In this document: positions 17,426 to 27,385 of the stretch, piece after piece
Numbering within the stretch: the stretch's first letter is position 1
How the letters are laid out: each line of letters opens with the position of its first letter
NCBI GenBank assembly: GCA_045591095.1
Contig: JAZNSF010000007.1
Coordinates: 11,918 to 75,917 of the forward strand
Source of the DNA: Clostridia bacterium
GTDB lineage: Bacteria; Bacillota; Clostridia; Monoglobales; Monoglobaceae
DNA: 64,000 nt
Direction of reading: 5' to 3'
The notes under the pieces: generated by a model
Told to the model about the DNA's origin: nothing
The model's database searches: none
The model's input: the letters and a program-made list of their open reading frames with translations, nothing else
Position numbers and translations under genes: made by a program

Positions 17426-18580
17426 TTAGTATTTACGCCAAACCATTTTGTCAACAATGCCTGTGTAAGACTGAATAATTTTAACCACCTTATCAGAAAC
17501 GTCCTCATCTATATAGTCAGGTACTCCTGCCCTCAATTTGCAGGTTTTATTTAATTCAACTTCTGTCTCCACTGCTCTTAAGAGGCTGTCTGTATCAATT
17601 CCGGCAAGAGTAAAAGATGCCTTGTCAATAGCCTCGGGGCGCTCGGTAGAAGTTCTAATACAAATTGCCGGGAAACCTTTGCCAATACTTTTAAAGAAGC
17701 TGCTTTCCTCGGGAAGTGTGCCCGAATCCGACACAACAGCAAACGCATTTATCTGCAAACAGTTATAATCCATAAATCCCATCGGCTCGTGACTGATAAC
17801 ACGTTTGTCAAGCTTAAAACCGCTTTCCTCAAACCGTTTTTTAGATCTTGGATGGCAAGAATACATTATCGGCATATCATATTTTTCTGCCATTTTGTTT
17901 ATTGCAGTAAAAAGACTTTCAAAATTCTTCGGAGTATCAATATTCTCTTCGCGATGTGCAGAAAGGAGTATGTACTTACCCTTTTCAAGACCAAGTCTTG
18001 AGTGGATGTCGCTCTTTTCTATTCTTTCAAGGCTGCCTCTTAAAACCTCTGCCATGGGCGAGCCGGTAACAAAAGTACGCTCTCTTGGAAGTCCGCACTC
18101 GGCAAGGTATCTTCTTGCGTGCTCTGAATACGCCATATTTACATCCGATATAATATCAACTATACGGCGGTTTGTCTCTTCAGGAAGGCACTCGTCCTTG
18201 CAGCGGTTTCCAGCTTCCATATGAAAAATCGGTATATGCAAACGCTTCGCCGAAATAACCGAAAGACAAGAGTTTGTATCACCCAAAACAAGTACAGCAT
18301 CTGGCTTTATCTCTGTTATAAGCTCATAGCTTTTTGCAATTATGTTGCCCATTGTTTCGCCCAAGTCCTTACCTACGGCATCCATATATACCTCAGGCTC
18401 CTCAAGCTCCAAATCTTTAAAGAATACACCGTTTAGATTGTAATCGTAGTTCTGCCCGGTGTGAGCAAGAACAGTGTCAAAATACTTTCTGCACTTTTTG
18501 ATTACAGCCGAAAGACGGATTATCTCGGGTCTTGTTCCCACTATAATCAAAAGCTTAAGTTTTCCGTTATTTTTAAACAT
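17426..18580 (-). CDS. capG: UDP-N-acetylglucosamine 2-epimerase, non-hydrolysing (CapG/FnlC-like)
   Basis: LIIVGTRPEIIRL N-terminus, 384 aa, and a position downstream of the capE/capF-like genes. Confidence 0.85.
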   Translation of the reverse strand: MFKNNGKLKLLIIVGTRPEIIRLSAVIKKCRKYFDTVLAHTGQNYDYNLNGVFFKDLELEEPEVYMDAVGKDLGETMGNIIAKSYELITEIKPDAVLVLGDTNSCLSVISAKRLHIPIFHMEAGNRCKDECLPEETNRRIVDIISDVNMAYSEHARRYLAECGLPRERTFVTGSPMAEVLRGSLERIEKSDIHSRLGLEKGKYILLSAHREENIDTPKNFESLFTAINKMAEKYDMPIMYSCHPRSKKRFEESGFKLDKRVISHEPMGFMDYNCLQINAFAVVSDSGTLPEESSFFKSIGKGFPAICIRTSTERPEAIDKASFTLAGIDTDSLLRAVETEVELNKTCKLRAGVPDYIDEDVSDKVVKIIQSYTGIVDKMVWRKY

Positions 18581-19781
18581 TTTTTTCTACCGCCTCTCCA
18601 AAAGTATCGGGGCGACTAGGGTCAAAGCTTTCATTCGCCCACATAACCGTCACCAAATCTTCGGTATCGCTTAAGTTTATAATATTATGAGTGTATCCGG
18701 GAAGCATATGTATTGCTTCAATTTTTTCCCCCGATACTTCAAAGTTAAGAATTTCATCCGTTCCAATCTTTCGCATCTGAATAAGTCCCTTTCCTGAGAC
18801 CACAATAAAAAATTCCCATTTTGTGTGATGCCAGTGCTCGCCTTTTTTAATTCCGGGCTTTGAGATATTCACACTTACCTGTCCACATTCAGCGCTTTTA
18901 AAAAGTTCGGTAAACGAGCCTCGGTCATCAACATTCATCTTAAGTGAATACTTTGCCTTTTCCTCCGGCAAATAAGAAAGATACGTCGAATACAGCTTTT
19001 TCGAAAAAGACCCACTTGCTATCTTTGGTATCACAAGATTTTCAGGCTGATTTTTAAATTCACTCAGTAAATCCGCAATTTCGCCCAAAGTAACGTGGTG
19101 TGTCACAGGTACTGCACAATACTTGCCGTCGTCACAAAGGATTGTATCAACCCCGTTAAAACGGCATCTGTGTTCTTTGCCAATTATTGCGCCAAGAAGT
19201 TCTTCTACAAGGTCATCTATATACAAAAGTTCAAGCTCTATCGATGGGTCGTTTATGGTAATAGGCAAATCATTTGCAGTATTATAACAAAATGTAGCTA
19301 CTGCACTGTTGTAGTTTGGTCTTGCCCACTTGCCAAAAATATTTGGAAATCTGTAAACAAGCACCTTTGCACCAGTTTCTTTACCGTATTCAAACACCAC
19401 TTCCTCGGCTTCCTTTTTGCTTTTGCCATAGTTGCCATTGTATCTTCCAATCAATGTCGCCTGGATTGAGCTTGAAAGCATAACAGGAGCATTATTTTTA
19501 TGTTTTTTTAAAGTGTCTAAAAGTGTCTCAGTAAACCCTTTGTTCCCGCTTGCAAACTCTTCGGTATTTTGAGGGCGGTTTACACCCGCAATATTAAAGA
19601 CAAAATCCGCATTCTTGCAAGCCTCGTCAAGCTCTTGAGAGCTTGAGTCAATGTCATAAGTATAGATTTTTTCAATCTCAATATCCGGATAACGCCTATC
19701 CTTACCGTCTTTTATGCACTTAAGTGTTTCTACCAGATTTTTGCCAACAAATCCAGAGGCACCCGTCACAAGTATATTCAT
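18573..19781 (-). CDS. capF: CapF/FnlB-like bifunctional reductase (SDR domain plus C-terminal cupin)
   Basis: VTGASGFVGKNL Rossmann motif and a C-terminal cupin-like region (GEHWHHTK). Confidence 0.8.
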   Translation of the reverse strand: MNILVTGASGFVGKNLVETLKCIKDGKDRRYPDIEIEKIYTYDIDSSSQELDEACKNADFVFNIAGVNRPQNTEEFASGNKGFTETLLDTLKKHKNNAPVMLSSSIQATLIGRYNGNYGKSKKEAEEVVFEYGKETGAKVLVYRFPNIFGKWARPNYNSAVATFCYNTANDLPITINDPSIELELLYIDDLVEELLGAIIGKEHRCRFNGVDTILCDDGKYCAVPVTHHVTLGEIADLLSEFKNQPENLVIPKIASGSFSKKLYSTYLSYLPEEKAKYSLKMNVDDRGSFTELFKSAECGQVSVNISKPGIKKGEHWHHTKWEFFIVVSGKGLIQMRKIGTDEILNFEVSGEKIEAIHMLPGYTHNIINLSDTEDLVTVMWANESFDPSRPDTFGEAVEKNV

Positions 19782-20869
19782 TATCTTTCCTCCATGGCTT
19801 TAAGCTCGTCCTGGATATACTTAAGCGTAAGTAGTTTCTCCTTTACTTCCTCTACAGTCAAAAGGTTTGTATTGCTTGAATTAAATTCGGTAAGTGTATT
19901 TCTCTCTGTGTCGCCATTCTTTATGTATTTGTCATAGTTAAGGTCACGCTTATCACAGCTTACGCGGTAAAAGTCACCCATATCTTCGGCTCTTGCACAT
20001 TCTTCGTTGGTAAGAAGAGTTTCGTAGAGTTTTTCGCCATGGCGAATTCCTATAGTATGAATAGGAATTTTGTTTTCCTTATCAAAAATTTCCTTGACAG
20101 CAAGAGCCAGAACCTCTATAGTACAAGCAGGGGCTTTTTGCACCAATATATCACCGTTGATACCATTTAAAAATGCAAATATTACAAGGTCAACAGCCTC
20201 GTCCAAAGACATAACAAATCTGGTCATAGATGGCTCGGTAATTGTCATGGGCTTTCCAGCCTTTATCTGGTCAATCCAAAGCGGAACAACGCTACCGCGG
20301 CTGCACATAACATTTCCGTATCTTGTGCAGCACATTTTGGTAAGCTCAGGGTCAACATTTCTGGATTTCGCAGCCATAACCTTTTCCATCATTGCCTTTG
20401 ATGTGCCCATTGCATTTATGGGGTATGCCGCTTTATCGGTTGAAAGGCAGATTATTGACCTAACACCCGCTTCGATTGCGGCAGTCAGAACGTTTTCTGT
20501 GCCTAAAACATTGGTCTTTACTGCTTCGATAGGGAAAAATTCACATGACGGAACCTGTTTAAGCGCTGCTGCGTGGAATATGTAATCAACACCATACATA
20601 GCATTTTTTATGCTGGCAATATCCCGAACGTCTCCAATATAAAATTTAATTTTCTGAGATTCTTCGGGCATCTTTGCCTGAAACTCATGGCGCATATCAT
20701 CCTGTTTCTTTTCATCACGTGAAAATATGCGGATTTCCTTTATATTTGTCTTTAAAAACCGATTAAGTACTGCATTTCCGAAAGAGCCTGTCCCTCCGGT
20801 AATCAAAAGTGTCTTTCCGTCAAACATCTCAATGCCACTGTCATTTGGTATGTTAATATTTTCCATCAC
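19781..20869 (-). CDS. capE: UDP-GlcNAc 4,6-dehydratase/5-epimerase (CapE/FnlA-like)
   Basis: LLITGGTGSFGNAV, HAAALKQVPSCEFFP, CLSTDKAAYPINAMGTSKAMMEKV and TRYGNVM.SRGSVVP closely track my memory of S. aureus CapE. Confidence 0.88.
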   Translation of the reverse strand: MMENINIPNDSGIEMFDGKTLLITGGTGSFGNAVLNRFLKTNIKEIRIFSRDEKKQDDMRHEFQAKMPEESQKIKFYIGDVRDIASIKNAMYGVDYIFHAAALKQVPSCEFFPIEAVKTNVLGTENVLTAAIEAGVRSIICLSTDKAAYPINAMGTSKAMMEKVMAAKSRNVDPELTKMCCTRYGNVMCSRGSVVPLWIDQIKAGKPMTITEPSMTRFVMSLDEAVDLVIFAFLNGINGDILVQKAPACTIEVLALAVKEIFDKENKIPIHTIGIRHGEKLYETLLTNEECARAEDMGDFYRVSCDKRDLNYDKYIKNGDTERNTLTEFNSSNTNLLTVEEVKEKLLTLKYIQDELKAMEER

Positions 20870-21023
20870 AAAAACTCCTTATACTTATATTTGGTCATAA
20901 CCCCATACATTATTATATTATCACAAAAAAAGTATTACGTCAATAATAGGTTTTCGTTACAAACGCATAAAATTTGAAAGTTTCATTTGGTGGAATTTTA
21001 ATATGTAATAAGTAAAACATTAA

Positions 21024-21100
21024 GTTTGGACCAGTTTTAGTCCCATTGTCAAATTATGGCATAATATAATTTATAAAAAAGTGCTTATTTTAGTCCAAAC
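21024..21100 (+). promoter_or_regulatory. Candidate promoter/operator region of the XRE-comEC pair
   Basis: TTTTAGTCC occurs twice (21035-21043 and 21088-21096). GTTTGGAC (21024-21031) is inverted relative to GTCCAAAC (21093-21100). An extended -10 TGgCATAAT at 21057-65 lies between them. Confidence 0.35.
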
Positions 21101-21113
21101 AAAGGTGAGAAAA

Positions 21114-21350
21114 ATGAAAGAGCAAAAAATAAAACAGGATAGTATATCAATTGGCTATAATATAAAACGGCTTCGGAAACAAAAACAAATCAAGCAGGTT
21201 GATATGGTAAAATATGTTCAATTGCTTGGAGTAGATTTAACCCGCGAATCCCTTGTAAAAATCGAGAGAGGAACTCAGCATATTTATGCAGGTCAGCTTA
21301 AAGCATTCAGGGATGTGCTTGAAACCACATATGATGAACTTTTAAAATAA
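21114..21350 (+). CDS. XRE-family helix-turn-helix transcriptional regulator, 78 aa
   Basis: IGYNIKRLRKQKQIKQVDM...ESLVKIERG HTH_3 pattern. The ATG at 21114 follows AAAGGTGAG. Confidence 0.8.
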   Translation: MKEQKIKQDSISIGYNIKRLRKQKQIKQVDMVKYVQLLGVDLTRESLVKIERGTQHIYAGQLKAFRDVLETTYDELLK

Positions 21351-21373
21351 CTTACTGACGGACGGTGACATAA

Positions 21374-23002
21374 ATGTATAAATCCGAAAACATCATTACA
21401 TCCAGACACTACCTTATTCTTATTTCTCTGGCCTTTCTCCTAGGAGTATTTATGACTTTATCACTTGGAGCGGTTTTTGCTTTTGGTCTTGCGGCTATTC
21501 TTTCATGCTCGGTAGTTTGCATAGGGTTTATTATTGTGTTAGCCAAAAATGTAGCTTTCAAAAAGAAATATATTCTTCTTCCATTGTTTCTTCTTATCTT
21601 TTTTCTTATTGGTATTTTAAGAGTATCCTTTATTGACTTTTCGGCTGATAAATCACTAAGAAAATACGATGGTCAGGAGTTATGGCTTTATGGCACTGTT
21701 TCATCAGAGCCCCAGCTTACCAAAAGCGGATACTATCATACTTTTGAGCTTGATGTTTTCCAGGCCGATGACAACACTTCTGTCAGAGATACTATAATCG
21801 TCTATCTTCCCAGTACACAGCAATGTAATTTTCATGCAGGGGATGACATCTTCTTTTGGGGAAGCCTGAAAAAGCATCCCGAAGGCGAAAATGTCCGTTC
21901 GTACGAATACTATAATTTCTTACGCGGCAAGAACATATTTTTAACCGCAAGCACAAAGAACATAAATATGCTCTCCGGATACGACCACTTTTCTCTTATG
22001 ACTTTCATAAAACACTCGGGTAGTTTTATCCGCTCCAAAATTTCAGATGCCTCAGAAAAACTATTCCCAAACGACACCGAAGCGTCTTCAATCCTAAAGG
22101 GCATTTTGATTGGCGATAAATCCGGTTTCACAGACGAAATGTATGACAAATTTTCAAATTCAGGGATATCCCACATAGTTTCGGTTTCGGGCCTGCATGT
22201 ATCCATTTTATTCTCGTTTTTAGTGGCTCTTCTTGGGGTTTTTGGCATAAACCGAAAATTTCTCATGCTGATTATCATACCTTTTATCCTTATTTTCATG
22301 TCTGCTTCGGGATTTAGTCCTTCTACCTTAAGAGCCTCTGTCATGGTACTTATAATGATTTTTGCTTTTCTTTTAAGCGAGGAATATCATTCACTTACCG
22401 CTTTATTCTTAGCGATTTTTGTAATAGTTGCCGCGGCTCCGTACTCTATTTTTTCAAAAGCTCTTGTGCTTTCCTTTTCGGCAACCCTTGGTATTTTTGT
22501 TTACTTCCCCTATTTTTATGGTGCTCTTCTTGCACCGCTTGGGTCACCAAAGCTTGCTAATGGCAAAAACTTAAAATTTATCAAAAAGCCCATCCGTTAT
22601 TTGGCATCGTCATTGTCACTTTCTTTGTCATCGTTTTTGGGCACAGCTTATTTTCTTTTGATATTTTTTGGCAAAATCTCAAAGGTTCAGTTTTTGACCA
22701 ACCTTTGGATTATCCCACTTGTATCAATCGTATTCTGCCTAGGGTTTGTAGCCTGCATTTTTATTTATATATTTCCAAGCTTTTCTATTCATGTATTAAG
22801 GTATCCTCTTATGTGGTGCCTGGAAATTATAAAATATACAATAAATGTTTTTGGGGATAATAAATTTTCGTTTAACTTCCCGTTTAATATTGAATCTTTG
22901 TCATATGCAGCAGTATATTTTGGTGGATGCCTGATGCTTTACATGATACTAAAAAGCGTTCACGATATATATAAGCAAAAAAATCAGCAGTCCAAAAATT
23001 AG
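21374..23002 (+). CDS. comEC: ComEC/Rec2 family membrane protein without the C-terminal metallo-beta-lactamase domain
   Basis: N-terminal OB-like (DUF4131-type) region and the competence-domain signature GISHIVSVSGLHVSILF. The ORF ends at 542 aa. Confidence 0.8.
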   Translation: MYKSENIITSRHYLILISLAFLLGVFMTLSLGAVFAFGLAAILSCSVVCIGFIIVLAKNVAFKKKYILLPLFLLIFFLIGILRVSFIDFSADKSLRKYDGQELWLYGTVSSEPQLTKSGYYHTFELDVFQADDNTSVRDTIIVYLPSTQQCNFHAGDDIFFWGSLKKHPEGENVRSYEYYNFLRGKNIFLTASTKNINMLSGYDHFSLMTFIKHSGSFIRSKISDASEKLFPNDTEASSILKGILIGDKSGFTDEMYDKFSNSGISHIVSVSGLHVSILFSFLVALLGVFGINRKFLMLIIIPFILIFMSASGFSPSTLRASVMVLIMIFAFLLSEEYHSLTALFLAIFVIVAAAPYSIFSKALVLSFSATLGIFVYFPYFYGALLAPLGSPKLANGKNLKFIKKPIRYLASSLSLSLSSFLGTAYFLLIFFGKISKVQFLTNLWIIPLVSIVFCLGFVACIFIYIFPSFSIHVLRYPLMWCLEIIKYTINVFGDNKFSFNFPFNIESLSYAAVYFGGCLMLYMILKSVHDIYKQKNQQSKN

Positions 23003-23015
23003 GACTGCTAATTTT

Positions 23016-24389
23016 TTAAAATTCGTTAACTATTTTCTTAAATGTATCGCCGCGGACCTCAAAGTTTTTAAACATATCAAAGCTTGCACAGGCAGGCGAA
23101 AGAATTACAACGTCGCCCGCTTTTGCACAAAGCCGTGCCTTTTTTACTGCCTTTTCAAAATCGTATTCACAATGTATTTTAAGTCCATCAAAATTTGCCG
23201 CATTCCTGACGGCTTTTTGTATTTTTTCTGAGGTAACCCCTACCAATACCAGTTCCTTGACATACTCATTGACGACCTCACCAAAATCGTCAAATGGGAT
23301 TTTTTTGTCATAACCCCCCGCAATAAGTATAACCTTTTGGTCAAAGGATTTAAGTCCTGCAGTTGTTCTTGCAGGCGTACTTGCGATTGAATCGTTATAG
23401 TATTTCACTCTGTCAAGCTCGCGTACAAATTCGATTCTATGAGCAACGCCACCAAAATTTTGGGCAACATAATCGATAGTTTCAATGGAAACAAAAGGTC
23501 TTACAGCACCAATTGCCGCCATATAATTTTCTACATTATGAAGTCCAGGGATTTTGATATCGTTTGTCGCAATTATCGTTTCCTGACCATTCTCTGTTTT
23601 TATCACTATGTTATCGTTATCGATTGTAATACCGCTTTCCAAATTATTTTGCCTACTAAAATATATAGCGTTATTTACCTCTTTGGCAAAATCTCTTGTG
23701 ATTTGGTTATCAAAATTGAGTATTACCCTTGCATTTTTGTTGTTTTTAAATATACTCTTTTTTGCATCTACATACTCGCCAAAATCCTTGTGCCAGTCAA
23801 GATGGTTTGGGGTAACATTTGTCACAACCGCAGTGTCGGCACTATATTTCATCGAAAATAACTGAAAACTCGAAAGTTCCAAAACTACCATATCGCTTTC
23901 TTTCATATTTTCGACTTCACCAAGGAGGGGCTTTCCTATATTACCGCCAATATAACAATTGTAACCTTCTTTTTTAAGCATCTCTCCAATAAGGGTAGTT
24001 GTTGTAGTTTTGCCGTCGCTACCGGTAACTGCGATTATCGGGCATGGACAAAGCTCGAAAAACAGTTCCATTTCGGATGTAAGAACTGCGCCTCTCTTAA
24101 CTGCCACCAAAATCTCGGCTGCATCAGGACGAAGTCCGGGTGTCCTGAAGATTATCTCAGCATCAGCCAGTATGTTTTTAAGGTAATCCTCGCCCAAAAC
24201 GAACTCTGCACCCAAATCTTTAAGTTCGGAGTAAATGTCACCAAGTTCCTTTGGCGAGCGTTTGTCATGAGCAGTGACCTTTGCACCAGCCTCAAGCAAA
24301 AATTTTATCAAAGGTACGTTGCTTACACCTATCCCTATTACCGAAACAGTTTTCCCTTTTATTTTTCTTTTATATTCCAAAATATTCAT
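23016..24389 (-). CDS. murD: UDP-N-acetylmuramoylalanine--D-glutamate ligase
   Basis: VTGSDGKTTTTTL P-loop and Mur ligase layout. Confidence 0.92.
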   Translation of the reverse strand: MNILEYKRKIKGKTVSVIGIGVSNVPLIKFLLEAGAKVTAHDKRSPKELGDIYSELKDLGAEFVLGEDYLKNILADAEIIFRTPGLRPDAAEILVAVKRGAVLTSEMELFFELCPCPIIAVTGSDGKTTTTTLIGEMLKKEGYNCYIGGNIGKPLLGEVENMKESDMVVLELSSFQLFSMKYSADTAVVTNVTPNHLDWHKDFGEYVDAKKSIFKNNKNARVILNFDNQITRDFAKEVNNAIYFSRQNNLESGITIDNDNIVIKTENGQETIIATNDIKIPGLHNVENYMAAIGAVRPFVSIETIDYVAQNFGGVAHRIEFVRELDRVKYYNDSIASTPARTTAGLKSFDQKVILIAGGYDKKIPFDDFGEVVNEYVKELVLVGVTSEKIQKAVRNAANFDGLKIHCEYDFEKAVKKARLCAKAGDVVILSPACASFDMFKNFEVRGDTFKKIVNEF

Positions 24390-24460
24390 TAAAAAACCTG
24401 CCTTCCCTTAAAGACTATTTGCAAAATTCCTGAAAAAAAGGAGCTTTGCAAAAATTCTTT

Positions 24461-24492
24461 AAATGTAAACGGGAGGGCGAATATACCCTCCC
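24461..24492 (-). terminator. Terminator after ispH/S1
   Basis: GGGAGGG / CCCTCCC stem followed by GUUUACAUUU on the minus strand. Confidence 0.55.
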
Positions 24493-24513
24493 ATAAAACA
24501 TCTTTAGTAGTTA

Positions 24514-26796
24514 TTATTCAGCGTCAAGAATGTCGCCCAAAGTAAATGTGCTTTCTTCTGTGTAAGATTCGTCACTTACTGCTTCTTCCACAGCCTCTTC
24601 AGTTTCAGGAGCATAGTCAGGGAGAAGAACCTTTCTTGAAAGGCCAATCTGCTTTGTTTCGTTGTTGATCTCAATAACGCGAGCCTCAACCTCGTCACCA
24701 ATGTTGAGTACATCTGATGGCTTTTCAATTCTCGTATTTGCAATCTGAGAAACATGGATAAGACCATCTACGAAAGGTGCAATCTCAGCAAATGCACCGA
24801 AAGGAAGAATACGAACAATCTTACACTTAACAGTGTCGCCTACAGCCATATCTTTTGTAGCCTGATACCAGGGGCTGTCTTCTTCCTTCTTGTGACCAAG
24901 AGAAATCTTCTTTGTTTCAGGATTAATTTCTTTAACATAAACTTCGATAGAGTCGCCAACCTTAACTACCTCTGACGGATGTTTGATTCTGTTCCAAGAA
25001 AGCTCGGAAATATGAACCAAGCCATCTACGCCGCCGATATCAACAAACGCACCAAAGCTTGTAAGCGATTTTACTGTGCCGGTGAAGTTCTTACCTACTT
25101 CAATGCCTGCCCAAAACGCTGCTTCTCTTGCATCCTTTTGAGCCTGAAGCTCCTTAACCAAAGAAATCTTATTTGCGTCCTTGTTAAGCTCCTTGATATA
25201 TACTTCGATAGTGTCGCCAACCTTAACCACCTCTGACGGATGCTTGATACGGCTGTCTGAAAGCTCAGAAATATGAATAAGACCGTCTGCACCGCCAAGG
25301 TCAATAAACGCACCAAAGTTTGTAAGTGACTTTACTGTACCTGTGTACTTTTTGTCAACTTCTGCTGCTGCCCAGAATTCTTCAGCCTTCTTTTCTGAAA
25401 TTTCTCTTGCAACAGATTTGATTGAGCCAACAACTCTAAGACGACCGCGTCTGTCCTTATCCATTTTGATAATTCTGAATGACGCTTCTGTACCCAAAAG
25501 TCCGCCCAAATCTTCGATAAAGCGTTCTGCAGCCTCGGATGCAGGGATAAATACCCTGATGCCCTTAACAATAGCAACAATACCGCCTCTTACGATTTCC
25601 GAAATTTTTGCTGTCAAAACAGTCTTGTTCTCGAAATCTTCACGAAGCTCCTTGAGTCCTTTTTCTGCATCGATCTTCTTCTTCGAAAGTGTAACAACGC
25701 CGTCACGATCCGAAACATGAACAACAAACACATCCACTTCGTCGCCAACCTTAACAATGTCTGAAAGGTTTGCTGACGAATCATTTGTCATTTCATTAAA
25801 AGGAATAACGCCGTCGTACTTGCCGTCAATGTCTACCTGTACCTCTGTAGGGGTAATTCCGATAACTATACCTTTAACAATATCACCTGTTGTTAAGGGT
25901 TTTAAAGTTTCTTCAAGTGCCTCTGCAAAGTTCATTTCATTTGTAATTTCCGCCATGGTTAATTTTGCCTCCTTGATTACCTTATCCGGAGTGGATGCTC
26001 CGGCGGTAATGCCTACTTTTTTTATATTTTTTTTAAATAAATGGACCAAGCCATCTAATTCTTTTGCATTTTCAATTTTGTACGTGCTCTCGCAATGCTC
26101 ACGACAAATTTCGAACAGTTTTTCGGTGTTCGAACTGTTTTTGCCACCTAAAACCAGCATGAGGTCGGATTCTTTGGAGAGTCTTTCAGCCGCCTGCTGA
26201 CGTTCTTCGGTCGCACTACATATTGTATCAAAAAAAACTGCATTTGTAAAATACTTTTTTAAAATTTCTGAAATTTTTTTTGCTTTTTCGGGCCTTAAAG
26301 TAGTTTGGGATACAATACTGATTGGTAAACATGGGGATTTTGTCAAAATTTCTTGGCAATCCTCTTCGCTGTTTACAATATACGCCGAATTTTCGCACCA
26401 ACCGTTTATCCCTTTTACCTCAGGGTGGTCTTTGTCGCCCGCAATCACAATCTGCCTTCCCTTTTGATGTTCCTCAGATACAATCTTGTGAATCCTCTTC
26501 ACAAAGGGACAAGTTGCATCAATTATCTGGACACATTTTTGTTCTAAGCGACTGTATTCATCCTTAGAAATTCCATGAGCACGTATTATGACATGACTGC
26601 CACTTGGTATTTCGTCAATATTTTGTGCAGGGACAACTCCCATACCTTCAAGCTCGCCGGTAACGTCTTTGTTGTGTATAAGCATACCAAGGGTGTAGAC
26701 TTTGCTTTTTTTATCGGCTATAGTATCGTATGCAATTTTTACTGCACGGTCAACGCCAAAGCAAAACCCTGCCTTTTCGGCTACATTAATTTCCAT
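24514..26796 (-). CDS. ispH: Fusion of 4-hydroxy-3-methylbut-2-enyl diphosphate reductase (IspH) and ribosomal protein S1 repeats
   Basis: N-terminal GFCFGVDRAV IspH fold of about 280 aa, then four S1 OB repeats (G.V......G.FV). Confidence 0.9.
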   Translation of the reverse strand: MEINVAEKAGFCFGVDRAVKIAYDTIADKKSKVYTLGMLIHNKDVTGELEGMGVVPAQNIDEIPSGSHVIIRAHGISKDEYSRLEQKCVQIIDATCPFVKRIHKIVSEEHQKGRQIVIAGDKDHPEVKGINGWCENSAYIVNSEEDCQEILTKSPCLPISIVSQTTLRPEKAKKISEILKKYFTNAVFFDTICSATEERQQAAERLSKESDLMLVLGGKNSSNTEKLFEICREHCESTYKIENAKELDGLVHLFKKNIKKVGITAGASTPDKVIKEAKLTMAEITNEMNFAEALEETLKPLTTGDIVKGIVIGITPTEVQVDIDGKYDGVIPFNEMTNDSSANLSDIVKVGDEVDVFVVHVSDRDGVVTLSKKKIDAEKGLKELREDFENKTVLTAKISEIVRGGIVAIVKGIRVFIPASEAAERFIEDLGGLLGTEASFRIIKMDKDRRGRLRVVGSIKSVAREISEKKAEEFWAAAEVDKKYTGTVKSLTNFGAFIDLGGADGLIHISELSDSRIKHPSEVVKVGDTIEVYIKELNKDANKISLVKELQAQKDAREAAFWAGIEVGKNFTGTVKSLTSFGAFVDIGGVDGLVHISELSWNRIKHPSEVVKVGDSIEVYVKEINPETKKISLGHKKEEDSPWYQATKDMAVGDTVKCKIVRILPFGAFAEIAPFVDGLIHVSQIANTRIEKPSDVLNIGDEVEARVIEINNETKQIGLSRKVLLPDYAPETEEAVEEAVSDESYTEESTFTLGDILDAE

Positions 26797-27385
26797 ATGT
26801 CTTAGCCCCTGAAAGCACAGCTATTTTTTCCATTACTACTGTATCGGTAATATCCTGAATTTCGTCCGGTGAAAGTTTTTGCCCGCTATACTCCGAAAAA
26901 TCTATGTAATCACCGATTGTAACCTTTACGCGGCTTCTAAACTTATAGGTAGCTTCAATTCCTACCGGCAAAATACCAACGTTTGCCTTGGTAGCAATCA
27001 CAACAGCACCATGCTTACCCCTACCCAAAACACCGGGGGTTCTTACACGTTTGCCCTCGGGGAACATAACCAGGCACTTACCCGACTTAAGAATTCTGAT
27101 TGCAGTACGAATAGCAGCCATCCCCTCGCCTCTTTTTACCGGGAATGCCTCAAAAGCCTTGATTACCTGTGCCACAACAGGAACATTAAAAAGCGAAGCC
27201 TTTGCCATATACGCCATATCTTCAATAGGCAGGAACGCCGCAATAAGCGGCGGGTCAAAGTTGCTTAAATGGTTTGGGGTAACTATAAAATTCTTGTCTA
27301 TGGGGATTTTTTCAAGGCCCACAATCTCAACTTTAAATAACAGTTTGTAAAGCAGCCTTACTGCTTTTAGTATAAATCTTTTCAT
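26786..27385 (-). CDS. plsC: 1-acyl-sn-glycerol-3-phosphate acyltransferase
   Basis: NHLSNFDPP (HX4D) and FPEGKR motifs. Confidence 0.88.
   Translation of the reverse strand: MKRFILKAVRLLYKLLFKVEIVGLEKIPIDKNFIVTPNHLSNFDPPLIAAFLPIEDMAYMAKASLFNVPVVAQVIKAFEAFPVKRGEGMAAIRTAIRILKSGKCLVMFPEGKRVRTPGVLGRGKHGAVVIATKANVGILPVGIEATYKFRSRVKVTIGDYIDFSEYSGQKLSPDEIQDITDTVVMEKIAVLSGAKTYGN

Noticed and set aside
17407-17508. N-terminal extensions of track ORFs (capD-like 17508, proS 34576, recA 15460, secF 38225, spoIIIAC 54259, spoIIIAF 52445, spoIID-like 44435)
   Set aside because: The extended starts overlap the upstream gene or sit inside the SD or at the promoter. Internal starts with properly spaced SDs give N-termini matching the known families.
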